The notes under the pieces: model-generated
Databases searched by the model: none
Told to the model about the DNA's origin: nothing
What the model saw: the letters and a program-made list of their open reading frames with translations, nothing else
NCBI RefSeq assembly: GCF_001194135.2
Contig: NC_068988.1
Location: forward strand, 21,778,713-21,842,712
Source of the DNA: Octopus bimaculoides
Taxonomy: Eukaryota
Direction of reading: 5' to 3'
DNA: 64,000 bases
Part shown: one piece after another, positions 37,302 through 50,715 of the stretch
How positions within the stretch are numbered: the first letter of the stretch is position 1
Layout: each line of letters starts with the position of its first letter
Made by a program: the position numbers and the translations under genes

Positions 37302-37440
37302 GGTACCTAATTTATCGACCCCGATAGGATGAAAGGCAAAGTCGACTTCGGTGGATTTTGAACTCAGAACGTAAAGACAGACGAAATACTGCTAAGCATT
37401 TCGACCGGCGAGCTAACGTTTCTGCCAGCTCGCCGCCTTA
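37302..37440 (-). mobile_element. SINE family A, 5' part
   Basis: Reverse-complement match. Confidence 0.88.
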
Positions 37441-38013
37441 AAACTAACTTTTATTACATTATTCAATCATTATCCAACAAAGCCGAAAATATACACGAAT
37501 TATTTAGGAACTATGACAATAGACGGTTATTAAACAACATAAAGAATTCATAAAGGGAAATAAAATCCAAAATCCTGGATATAAATACATTAACGCTCAG
37601 ACCTAGACTTAACTAGAAATGTTCACATGTAGCCTCCACATGTACCCTCCACATGTGTCTCTTTTGCGAAAGCGTAAATAAATAGACATATAAGTAAATC
37701 TGATTAAGCATATATCCGTGCGAATATGCATTATATATAAACATTGGTGCATAGGCTAGTTATTCTATTCGTGTTTATGTTTATGAGCATGTAGATCTAT
37801 ATATTTATGTGTGTGTGTGCATATCTATAAAACAGTCTATATGCTTATATATGTATGCTTGCATTAATAAATGTATGCGTGTACTACCGTGTGTACATTT
37901 GCGTAGAGAGACCTGCATAATGATTTCAGATGTATAACGTAATACGTGTATTAATGTGTTTGAGTGTGGCTAGTAGATCGTACCGTTATAACTGAGTATA
38001 CCCAGCCCTTGTG

Positions 38014-38394
38014 GTGGAGGCGCAATCGCCCAGTGGTTAGAGCAGCGGACTCGCGGTCATAGGATCGCGGTTTCGATTCCCAGACCGGGCGTTGTGAGTG
38101 TTTATTGAGCAAAAACACCTAAAGCTCCACGAGGCTCCGGCAGCGATGGTGGTGAACCCTGCTGTACTCTTCCACCACAACTTTCTCTCACTCTTACTTC
38201 CTGTTTCTGTTGTGCCTGTAATTCAAAGGGTCAGCCTTGTCACACTGTGTCACGCTGAATATCCCCGAGAACTACGTTAAGGGTACACGTGTCTGTGGAG
38301 TGCTCAGCCACTTGCACGTTAATTTCACGAGCAGGCTGTTCCGTTGATCGGATCAACTGGAACCCTCGACGCCGTAAGCGACGGAGTGCCAACA
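38014..38394 (+). mobile_element. SINE family C, full length, with degraded TSD
   Basis: Matches 22961-23346; flanks ACCCAGCCCTTGT (38000-38012) and ACCCAGTCCCTGT (38395-38407). Confidence 0.92.
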
Positions 38395-39403
38395 ACCCAG
38401 TCCCTGTATACAATATCTAATTTGCTTTTACATCATATAATTTTAGTTTAAACGTATTTTATTTATTCAAAATCATGGTCTAAAAATATTCATCCTGTTT
38501 ATTCCAGACATCTTTTTAGTTTTATTATTCTTATCATCTAACGCTCAAACTTCAAATCAAATTAAACGCAGTTAGTTTTACCTAAACTCAAATAGAAATT
38601 TTGTTTGTCAACCAGATGACAATATTCGGTATCGGCTAGAACTCATTTCCATGCTACATCTAACCCTATTATCAGTTCTGTCTCAGCTGAGAATGTCTCG
38701 CTGTACTATTTTCTTTCCACTTTACGCCTCCTTAAGAAAAAAAATATATATTTAGCATTCACGTTGAATGCGGTTGCTAGTTGCGAACACGAATGCTAAA
38801 ATTCGAAACTAGATTAATCCTATTAATTAGTTCCCAATAAATTAATATAAATTTCTTGCTCGTCAGTTGGTGATTATACAGACCTTACAGGAAGTGACAT
38901 ACGCACGAAAGCACGTGTGCACGTGTGCAATTAACCAGATGTCCGAAATAAGATTTATTGTGGATATCTGCTTGCTGACACATATACACATGTGCTCTCA
39001 TACCTATGAAATTCCGATTAAATGGATGTATGACACCAAGTACTCTCACACGAATGTGAACTCTACTTAAATGCATTGTGCGTTGTATTCTTTCATTTGC
39101 CTCACCCCCATATACACGCACTCATACACACATGTATATACATGTATGAATGTATATCTATCTATCTATCTAACTATCTATCTATCTATCTTCACAGAAT
39201 CAAAGAAGCCATTGAGACAAACAGCAAAGAAGGTAGGCAGATAAAAAGGTAGATAGATAGTTTAAAGAAAAAAAATGGGGGACAGATCAACAGATACAAA
39301 AAGAGAAATCTAGGTGGATACATATTTAGCTATGTAGATATAAAGATTGGTACGTATGTAGTTAGATAACTACAAGCCTACACACACACACACACATACA
39401 CAA

Positions 39404-39434
<31 letters not shown>

Positions 39435-39506
39435 CATTATATATTACACATATATAATACACACACACATATATATACATCATATATTATACATATATAA
39501 TACACA

Positions 39507-39556
<50 letters not shown>

Positions 39557-40641
39557 TACATATATATATATATATNNNNNNNNNNNNNNNNNNNNNNNNN
39601 NNNNNNNNNNNNNNNNNNNNNNNNNNNNNNNNNNNNNNNNNNNNNNNNNNNNNNNNNNNNNNNNNNNNNNNNNNNNNNNNNNNNNNNNNNNNNNNNNNNN
39701 NNNNNNNNNNNNNNNNNNNNNNNNNNNNNNNNNNNNNNNNNNNNNNNNNNNNNNNNNNNNNNNNNNNNNNNNNNNNNNNNNNNNNNNNNNNNNNNNNNNN
39801 NNNNNNNNNNNNNNNNNNNNNNNNNNNNNNNNNNNNNNNNNNNNNNNNNNNNNNNNNNNNNNNNNNNNNNNNNNNNNNNNNNNNNNNNNNNNNNNNNNNN
39901 NNNNNNNNNNNNNNNNNNNNNNNNNNNNNNNNNNNNNNNNNNNNNNNNNNNNNNNNNNNNNNNNNNNNNNNNNNNNNNNNNNNNNNNNNNNNNNNNNNNN
40001 NNNNNNNNNNNNNNNNNNNNNNNNNNNNNNNNNNNNNNNNNNNNNNNNNNNNNNNNNNNNNNNNNNNNNNNNNNNNNNNNNNNNNNNNNNNNNNNNNNNN
40101 NNNNNNNNNNNNNNNNNNNNNNNNNNNNNNNNNNNNNNNNNNNNNNNNNNNNNNNNNNNNNNNNNNNNNNNNNNNNNNNNNNNNNNNNNNNNNNNNNNNN
40201 NNNNNNNNNNNNNNNNNNNNNNNNNNNNNNNNNNNNNNNNNNNNNNNNNNNNNNNNNNNNNNNNNNNNNNNNNNNNNNNNNNNNNNNNNNNNNNNNNNNN
40301 NNNNNNNNNNNNNNNNNNNNNNNNNNNNNNNNNNNNNNNNNNNNNNNNNNNNNNNNNNNNNNNNNNNNNNNNNNNNNNNNNNNNNNNNNNNNNTAAGAAT
40401 AAAAGACAATAAACTACCAGAAAGACATATATATTAAAGAATGAAATTGGAGAACTAAAACAATAAAAGAAAAAGACAATAAAAATAACATAAAAGAAAG
40501 AAAAAGTATTTATCGTAGAAGTAAAATGAGTGAGAGTAAGAGATAAATTTAGGTAAGACGGACCGATAGAATGAAATTTGATCAGTAATACAAGGAGAAA
40601 GAATGAAAGCAATTATAAAAGAAAGAGAATGGTTAACTAAC

Positions 40642-40880
40642 TTATTCTAGAAGCGGGTATGTCTCGGGGGTTATCAACAATGGAAGGATGACACCAAATT
40701 TCGGGTGAAGTGTTGTAGGGCTGAAGTGGGAGCAACGGGTTGATAATCAAAGATGTCTCCCACACCATCTGGCCATCAATCATGTAGGGCTCCTTGGTTG
40801 TCACACCTTTACAGGTTGAAGTAGACCTCACACCTTTCGTCACGGCAAGTATTTCGTCCAACGTAGGAGGGAAAGCACAC
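40642..40880 (-). CDS. Candidate internal coding exon (239 nt), possibly part of an Ig-like domain
   Basis: Acceptor TGCAG| after a pyrimidine-rich stretch; donor |GTTAGT; only one of three frames is open: CAFPPTLDEILAVTKGVRSTSTCKGVTTKEPYMIDGQMVWETSLIINPLLPLQPYNTSPEIWCHPSIVDNPRDIPASRI; composition is coding-like. Confidence 0.5.
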
Positions 40881-41484
40881 CTGCATGCAATGGTGACTTT
40901 GGTGGTGGTGGTGGAGGTGGTAGAGGGGATATGCGAGGGAGGATAGGGAAATAGATACTTACCGATGGATGGAGACAGAGTTAAAGAGAGTGGGAAAGAG
41001 GGGATGATATATGAGAAGATAGAATACAAACCGCTGTGCTATGGAAATATTTATTTTATTTTTGTCCCATGGACGAAATGACACGGACCCCTTCTCAAAA
41101 AATGTATTCATATTCTTTTATTCTTATAAATTGTTTCAGTCATTGGAATGTAGCCAATTTGGAGTACCCCTCTGTAGGGTGAAGTCAATTACATGGCCCC
41201 TTCCCCAGTACTTATTTAACCAACTGTGGAATAATTGGCAGGATCGTTAGAACGCCAAGCAAAATATCATGTTGTTTACTTCCGACTCTTTATATTCTTA
41301 GTTCGAATCAGATCGAGGATCGAGGTCATATTTACCATTCATTTCCCGGTTGATAGAATAAAGTACCGGTCAAGTACGAAGTAGTTTTCATTTAATAGAC
41401 TGATACTAGCTTCCGTACCTATTGAAGTATGGGACTACAACTGTGACTTCTGATATAATCTTCTTGCTGCAGCTTACACATAAG

Positions 41485-41883
41485 AGCCGACAAAGGTGAG
41501 GAGGGGCTAGTCGATTTGATAGACCTCCAATACGCAACTGGTACTTAATTTATCGATTCCGAAAAGATGAAAAGCAAAGCCGACCTCGGAAGAATCTGAA
41601 CTCACAACGTGGCGACGGTGAAATACCGCTTAGCACTTCGTCCGGCGTGCTAACGTTTCTAATTTCTTGATTGCCCACAAGGGGCTAAATACAGAGGAGA
41701 CAAACAAGGGATTAAGTCGATTACATTGACCGCAGTGCGTAACTGGTACTTAATTTATCGACCCCGAAAGAATGAAAGGCAAAGTCGACCACGGCGGAAT
41801 TTGAGCTCAGACCATAACAGCAGACGAAACATCGTTAAGCATTCCGTCCGGCGTGTTAAGGTTTCTGCCAGCTCGCCACCTTT
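41485..41883 (-). mobile_element. SINE family A dimer
   Basis: Junction CAAGAAATTA|GAAACGTTAGCACG at 41660/41659. Confidence 0.88.
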
Positions 41884-43336
41884 TAGAACCGAAAGATCTG
41901 TAGCCTTTTGAGCAATATGCAGTGGCATGACTGTATCACGTGACCCCATTAGAATGACAATTTATGACATTTTTTTACCTGTGGTTTTTAAAAAAAATAT
42001 CCCTGTAGATGTAATCCAGAAAAATATTGATGCTTATATTTAGTATTTCGATATTATTCCATTTGTAAAGGTTATGGTAATAAATAACAACCTTTTACAA
42101 ATAGAAAACGACTATTTTTATCCTAAAGCTAACCACGATAGAAAGTATTGTCCTGTATTAATGGTTACTTGCCATTATTATCAAAAGAAAGGATGTTTCG
42201 CGAAATTAAGTAAATCAAAGTCTTTATAAAAGAACTAAAAAAAAAAAAAAAACAGCTTCGCGCATGCATCTTCCATCTTAGCGATTTAAAAAAAAACTTC
42301 AAGAAGAATATTAGCTTCCACTTCAGTTTCGATTAATGGAAAGTTCTTAGAAGCTTTTGTGGATTCATGCGGATTTCTTATGCCTCTAGAAATGCATTTG
42401 TCCATATAAATTATATTAACACTCTTTTAAGATTATTAAAGCTCTACTTGATGAATACTTGATTGTTCTTGTCGGACTATTAACATTCTACATAAATGAA
42501 TTTTCAGTCATTATAAAATTAATCATATTTAAATCATTAATACTTACAATTTCAAAAATTAAAACTTACTAGTTTCTTTGCTTTATATATTCTCATACAC
42601 GCCCGCGCGCATACAAACACAATCGTGCACACACACACGTTCTTTGCTACATAATTACCTCCCAGTTTTTTTTTTTTTNNNNNNNNNNNNNNNNNNNNNN
42701 NNNNNNNNNNNNNNNNNNNNNNNNNNNNNNNNNNNNNNNNNNNNNNNNNNNNNNNNNNNNNNNNNNNNNNNNNNNNNNNNNNNNNNNNNNNNNNNNNNNN
42801 NNNNNNNNNNNNNNNNNNNNNNNNNNNNNNNNNNNNNNNNNNNNNNNNNNNNNNNNNNNNNNNNNNNNNNNNNNNNNNNNNNNNNNNNNNNNNNNNNNNN
42901 NNNNNNNNNNNNNNNNNNNNNNNNNNNNNNNNNNNNNNNNNNNNNNNNNNNNNNNNNNNNNNNNNNNNNNNNNNNNNNNNNNNNNNNNNNNNNNNNNNNN
43001 NNNNNNNNNNNNNNNNNNNNNNNNNNNNNNNNNNNNNNNNNNNNNNNNNNNNNNNNNNNNNNNNNNNNNNNNNNNNNNNNNNNNNNNNNNNNNNNNNNNN
43101 NNNNNNNNNNNNNNNNNNNNNNNNNNNNNNNNNNNNNNNNNNNNNNNNNNNNNNNNNNNNNNNNNNNNNNNNNNNNNNNNNNNNNNNNNNNNNNNNNNNN
43201 NNNNNNNNNNNNNNNNNNNNNNNNNNNNNNNNNNNNNNNNNNNNNNNNNNNNNNNNNNNNNNNNNNNNNNNNNNNNNNNNNNNNNNNNNNNNNNNNNNNN
43301 NNNNNNNNNNNNNNNNNNNNNNNNNNNNNNNNNNNN

Positions 43337-43398
<62 letters not shown>

Positions 43399-43399
43399 T

Positions 43400-43535
43400 G
43401 TAAAAGCTACTTTCACTTTCCGTCAATCGAATCAACTCACGAAGATTTGGTTGACTCGAAGCTATGGAAGAAGACGCATGCACAGTGTTCCACGCTGTAG
43501 AGCTGAACCCGAAACATCTTACCATACAGCCACGC
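43400..43535 (-). mobile_element. SINE family B, decayed 5' part
   Basis: TTTCACTTTCCGTCAATCGAATCAACTCAC...GAACCCGAAAC. Confidence 0.6.
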
Positions 43536-43591
43536 GTGACATGACGAATTTAACAAATAAATTATAGATTATCATTAGCATTATTACTATC

Positions 43592-43821
43592 AAGTCGCTG
43601 AGATGGCAGAATCGTTAATGCACCGGGCAAAATGCTTCGTAGCATTTCGTCCGTCTGTATTTCCTGAGTTCAAATTCTGCCGAGCTTAATTTTTGCCTTT
43701 CATCCTTTCGGGGTCGCTAAATTAAGAACCTCTGAAAAAGTGTAATCCACTAGTCCTCCCACTTCAAATTTCAGGCCTTGTGCCTTTAGTAGAAATCATC
43801 ATCATCATCATTATCATTATC
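43592..43821 (+). mobile_element. SINE family A monomer with (ATC/ATT)n tail
   Basis: GGCAGAATCGTTA...CAGGCCTTGTGCCTTTAGTAGAAA. Confidence 0.8.
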
Positions 43822-43827
43822 AAAATT

Positions 43828-44046
43828 AAAAGAAGAGTGCCATTGTTATTTAGTGAACGATATTTCGACATCTTTTGTGTCTTCAACTGGTTCAAAAATT
43901 AAATTTGTCAATCTACTTCATTTTGGTCGATATCCTTTCTATATTAACCAAAATGAAGTAGATTGACAAATTTATTTTTTAAACCAGTTGAAGATTCACA
44001 AGATGTCGAAATATCGTTCACTAGATAACAATGACACTCTTCTTTT
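43828..44046. repeat. Long palindrome (about 100-bp arms, 19-nt spacer), foldback/MITE-like
   Basis: Arm 43828-43927 is the reverse complement of 43947-44046 with only a handful of differences. Confidence 0.9.
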
Positions 44047-44106
44047 GACTCTATATCTTCAGGAGGAGTTATCTCAAACCTTTCTATATTATTATTATTA
44101 TTAATA

Positions 44107-44349
44107 TGGCGGCGAGCTGGCAGAATCGTTAGCACGCCAGGCGAAATGCTTAGCATTATTTCGTTTGCTGTTACGTTCTGAGTTCCAATTCCGCCGTGGT
44201 CGACTTTGCCTTTCATCCCTTCGGGGTTGATGAAATAAGTACCAGTGAAGCCCTGGAGTCGATCTAATCGACTAGTCCCTTCCCCCAAATCTGAAACCTT
44301 GTGCCTAGAGTAGAAAGGATTATTATTATTATTATTATCATTATTATTA
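44107..44349 (+). mobile_element. SINE family A monomer with (ATT)n tail, with (ATT)n also upstream
   Basis: GGCGGCGAGCTGGCAGAATCGTTAGCACGCC...CCTTGTGCCTAGAGTAGAAAGGATTATTATT. Confidence 0.9.
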
Positions 44350-45499
44350 AATAAAATAAAACGAATTATTATTATTATCATACAGATTAATTTAAAAATA
44401 AAAGTAATGTATGTTTGTTTTAGACATGCCGACAAGTATATTTAGTAAGTTAAAAAAAATGTGTTAATGTACTTTAAGAATCTTATAATACATTTCAGTC
44501 AGAGCAGTCATTTCCCCCCACTGATATCGACGCTTCGAATCATGGACTTTCGTCTGCACGCTCCGCAAGCACGTTTCATTGGCTTTTCGTGTCTTTTTAG
44601 TCATTATTCATTATCGTCGACTTACTTCGCACCACGCAGTCGTGTTTTATAATTGTGTTTACTGCGTTATTTTGCCTTTTTAAAGTCACTATTTTTTATT
44701 AAATGTTTTGCTGTTTTATGTCTGATATTGTGACAAATATTATTTGTAAACGTAAATGTCAAAAACATTTCTGAAAATGAGGTAATAATTAATGCGAAAA
44801 AAAAAAAAGCAGATGTTTTCTGGCTATAATTGTGTTGTGATTCGAAATAGAACAATTTTATAGAGAAATTTTGTAGTTAGGTATCTCATACAAACTAAGA
44901 AATATTTATTATATAAAACACTATTTACTATTTTAGTTATCACAATATCTTTACAATATCTTTAGAATTTTACACACACACACACACAAACACACGCACT
45001 CACACACAAACATACACACACGCACGCAAAAACATACATACAATGTATATGTATATATATATATAATGATATCGTGTAGGAATAATGATATTAATAACTA
45101 GTTGTTATTAACCACATTAATGCATGTAGGTATATATTTATACACCTATTTTGTACTATATGCGTGTCTGTAAACATGTGTATTGATATAAGTACTCATA
45201 CACGTATATGTCTGGTTGTTTCTTTTTTATCTCTCTGTGGGTGCATATAGTTGTATATGGTTTAAAATATTTATAGATGTACGTATTAGTCAAAAGCAGG
45301 CTTTTCATCATATTTGAATGCTTTTCGCAAAGATATGCATTTCATTTAAATGGCACCAGTGAGACTATACGATATCGCATGAAGACTCAGCTCAGAGCGT
45401 TTTGTATGGCAAAACAGCTGTAAGCTAATGAAATGCATTCCCGTAACTCATGTACATTTATTATATATACTATTATAATATATATTAATATATATAAAG

Positions 45500-46720
45500 T
45501 ACAGGAATACTCTAAAATGCCACGTGGAGTGCATGAGCGCATAAATCGATATCAAAATGGGTATATAGTTAAAACCCTGCAAAGGAAAGCCGAAGCAGCA
45601 AGAATTATGCAATTTAAAACACTTGATGGATTTATTGTTGAATGTAGAAACTGAGCGGATGATAATCTGATTTCATAGACAGATTTATTTAAAAAATATG
45701 GTTTCTCAGTTTTAAGTGTATAAAGCTGAATCACTTACTGCTAGTATGTATTATTCTTCTGAAGAGCAATGAGTGAAAATGTTACAAATTGAAGCAGAGC
45801 AGATCTGTGAAAGTAAGTCTAAACCATTATACAGTAAGTGTGATGAGTGGCATTAATGTGAACGGTTTCCAAATTTGCTGTCCTATTATTTCTGTGAGAT
45901 GCCCGTTCCAGATATTTGGTTTGAAGTAAACAAAACAGAAAGAGCTTGCAAGCTAAGGTCTCACTTCTCTACGATGTGGTGCCAAGGCGAGAAACAGTAA
46001 AACTTTTTGTTACATGAGCAACACGATGTTTAAGGGCATGTTCTATCAAGTAAGACCCTGCACTTGAGCAGGCGCTTTGAGGATAATGAAAATACAGTAA
46101 AGAGAAGAATTAGTTATAAGAAGCGGATTGTAGAAGAGAAATCATGTAGTGACAAGCATACTAAGCCAGAACTAATTAAGAGACAGAAAATTCAGGGCAT
46201 TGAACGAGTTTATTTTGATCAAGAAATGTCAAGGAAGTTGCCGCTTTATGTTAAGTTATTAAGGCGATGAGTGTCATATCGCTCACTGAGGAACGAGAAT
46301 ATCGTCTATTTGAAAACTGACCGTTTTCTATTAAGAGTTATCAGCGAGTGATATTTTAGCATATATACCAAAGTTGAGAAATAGTAATAATTGTTCTGGA
46401 GACACAAAATATCTGGTAATATTAAATTAATATCCAAAGGTGAATGGGACTCTCTGAAATCTCACTCAACTCTATCATAACATCCTAAGATTATTTATGA
46501 CCATCTACATGAACGTGGTTTCATAGGAAAGAAGCTTTTCAAAGCAGAAATTCATAAAGAACAATGTCATTGATTTAACATGGGATATCACTGAAAACAT
46601 TTCGATATCAATAGAAAGGGATGAAGGGATATCAAGGATTTTGTGATGTCAGTGGAAATATAATTAGTGAAATGCATTAAATTCTGTGACTGGATTACAA
46701 AATGAGAAACATTGAAAGTC
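45500..46720 (+). pseudogene. Fossil hAT transposase (Tip100/Zaphod-like), heavily decayed
   Basis: Motifs occur in the expected order: VSVMSG (45843), TxWC (45971), ILRFMTIYMNVVS*ERSFSKQKFIKN (ERSFSK at 46527-46544), SISIERD. Confidence 0.6.
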
Positions 46721-47811
46721 CGAAAAGTTAAGTTTAGGATTTTGCAAAGGTGTTCCCTAAATGTTTACATTCTTTAATATTTGGTCCTATTTATTTTAAT
46801 GGTATTCATTTATGAGCATATTCCCATATAGTCTTTATACAAGTTGTACGTTGTTGATTAAGCAAATGGAAGCTACACAACCGTGCAGTTTAGCATTGAT
46901 AAATAACAGACCAGTCTATTGCAGTTGGTGTGCGAAGTGGTTTCCACTTTGGATACGATGTCTTACAAAAATTTGCTCCAGCATTTTATGCTGTGTTGGA
47001 AATATCTGAAATTACACCAAGCTGTAACGAGCATTGCTTATCTCTAAGGGACCATGAGTGCTGTGAAGAGAGAAAAATTCCTGCATCGAATATGTTGACC
47101 TTATATGAAACAACGTTGTCCTGGGGTGCGCCTCGGTGAAAAATTTTCCAGGTACAGATGCATAGTACAACGTGATAAACTGAGGTCCAAGATTCCATGA
47201 ACGTATCTCATACAAGAATAAAGTTTACCTTCAAAATTATAGCCGTTCAGTGGGGAAATATTCACGTTGAAAATGTTTTAGCCTATATCACGCAAGAGTT
47301 ACGCCATAAAAAAGAGCAAATCACGACAGAATCCTTTGTCGCTGACGTAGGATGTTCAAAACAAAAGGCAAAGTAATTTGAAGAGAAAACAAATGTCAAA
47401 CTCAGTTTCATTTAAAATGCAATTTAAATCTGTTCTTTGTTATTTAATATAATTTATTTTAATTAAATGATTTCATTCTATTCAGTCTGTTCAATAAAAT
47501 AGGTATGCACACGTACACACACACACACGTTTTATGTTTTGTTCAATGAATAAACGTTTGAAGATATATGTGTCCACTTATGAATGTATGTAAACGTATA
47601 TGCGTGCACAGACAAACACGCACACACACGCACACACACACACACACACACTCACTCACACACATTCACACACATATATATATACATACATATATGTACA
47701 TGTATACATATATACATATATATGTGTATATATATATATATATATACACTCATACATACGTAAATATATGTGCATATATATGAGTGTGTCTATATACATA
47801 CATACATACGG

Positions 47812-47870
<59 letters not shown>

Positions 47871-48779
47871 NNNNNNNNNNNNNNNNNNNNNNNNNNNNNN
47901 NNNNNNNNNNNNNNNNNNNNNNNNNNNNNNNNNNNNNNNNNNNNNNNNNNNNNNNNNNNNNNNNNNNNNNNNNNNNNNNNNNNNNNNNNNNNNNNNNNNN
48001 NNNNNNNNNAAAACCATACGGAATTTTATTTTACTAGAAAGAAAAACCTGTGAAACTCAAAGTTTCATGTCATTAGCTCTGATTTATAATCAGATTACGG
48101 TTAATGCTACAAAATCCAAACTATTTCAAGTTTTCTGCAAACATTTAATTTCAAATTTTTGATTATTTATAGTTTATATAAGCGAATTTAATTAAGAATA
48201 TAATTGTGATAATTCGTGCAATTATTAGTAAAACTGCTGAATATTTTAACTGTAAAAGTAGTGAGTTTGAACATAGTTAAAAAAGAAACAAAATGATTCG
48301 CAAAATGGAGGCCTAATCCATTTACATATCTCATACAGCCAAAATGTTTCACGTTAATGTAAACATAATTTTGAAGTAGTTCTTAAAAATTATTTTTTTA
48401 CCTCAAATTCTATTGTTTCCTTTTTACATTAATCACATGACATAATGTAAATATAAATACATTTAAATTGCGTGTATAATATTGTAAATTAAATGTGTAA
48501 TTTTAATTTTGCTACATGTCTATCTCACTGCTATTGGCATTACAATTCAGAAGATATACAGAAATTACTATTTAAAACTAATGGCGGAACCAAAAATAGA
48601 AAAGGAAACAAAACAGAGAAAAACCTGAAGATTCTGTATGGTTTCTTCGAGAGGAGATCAATGGGCGTGGTGGTGGCACCAACATGTGTTAGTGTATTAG
48701 GTTATACAATGTCTTGTAGAACCATTGTTTAGAACTCGTCAATTAGTTTTATTCCTACGATTGATATTTACCTTTGACC

Positions 48780-48920
48780 CTCTATATTTTACTTGTTCCT
48801 GTCATTGAAGTACGACCATACAGGAGCACCGCCCTCAAGGGATTTTGTTGAATTATCGACCCCTAATACTTACTTGTTAAGTCTAGTACTTATTCTGAGC
48901 CGGTAGATTAATGCTGTTGA
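48780..48920 (-). mobile_element. SINE family B, decayed 3' fragment
   Basis: GGAGCACCGCC...ATCGACCCC...TAGTACTTATTCT. Confidence 0.55.
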
Positions 48921-49024
48921 GCGGTGTGGGAAGAAATATAAAAAGAATGACACAAATACACGTCCACACGCGCACACGCATTCACACGCGCGCACACACA
49001 AACACACATCCACATATTCACACG

Positions 49025-49065
<41 letters not shown>

Positions 49066-49075
49066 NNNNNNNNNN

Positions 49076-49117
<42 letters not shown>

Positions 49118-49214
49118 TACACATTCACCCGTAGCTGAGTAGTGCAAAATATAGACGTATCAATAACGTAGTTCTCAGGGAGGTTCGGGGTGACAATAAA
49201 TGTGACAAGACTGG

Positions 49215-49355
49215 CCATTTGAAATGCAGGAACCACTCATTCTTGCCAGCTCATTGGACTGGACCAACCGAAAATAAAATGTCTTGTTAAAGGATACAAC
49301 TTGCAGCTGGGAATCGAACTCACGATCGTGAATAAAATATCCTAACCACTCGCCT
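49215..49355 (-). mobile_element. SINE family D-like, decayed
   Basis: CTCATTCTTGCCAGCT...GGACTGGA...GGGAATCGAAC...CCTAACCACT. Confidence 0.55.
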
Positions 49356-49404
49356 AATATGTACGTATAAAAGCTAGAATTTCTGTTAGTTCATTCAAGG
49401 GAAT

Positions 49405-50025
<621 letters not shown>

Positions 50026-50605
50026 GTCAAAATCTAAGCAAGCTGTATATGCAAGGAATTTAGGAAAGAAAATTCAAAATGGAATTCGGAAACGATTAGA
50101 GAAAAAAAAGGGATAGAAAATAAACACGAAAATTCTCTCATCAACCATGATGGTGACCAGAGTCCGTCGTAGTTTCGGCGCACTCGAAGCCCGATACGAA
50201 TAGGCTGTCATTTTTGCGGACCGAAGGGAATGCATACCCTGCTGTTGTGTGTGAACTTGTTAGTCTAAGAGTAGTGTATTTCGGCTATCAACAGCCAAAT
50301 AACCGGAGTTCATGAAGAGATCATATCTTTCGTGGCACCAATTGATATATAATGGAGGCTGGCAGAGTGTGAGCTGTTTCTTTTGAAACAGAATACGCAG
50401 CAATGGATTTTGAGAGAAATGAATGTTCTTCAGTCAACAAACATAAATACACATGTGTATGCATATACAGGCAAATACATAGAATATCGGAAACGTTACT
50501 CCGTTGTTGCCAAATACGAATCGATCCTGCGAGCCTGTGTCCAAGGGCATCACTTTATGGCTAATTTATATCGCTTCCTTATCGAAAAATTTTACATTAA
50601 TCTAT

Positions 50606-50652
50606 TTTTCTTTCTTTCTTCCTTTCTTTCTTTCTTTCTTTCTTTCTTCCTT

Positions 50653-50684
<32 letters not shown>

Positions 50685-50715
50685 CCTTCCTTTCATTCTT
50701 TCTTTCTTTCTCATC
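50606..50715. repeat. (TTTC)n microsatellite
   Basis: Direct. Confidence 0.9.
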
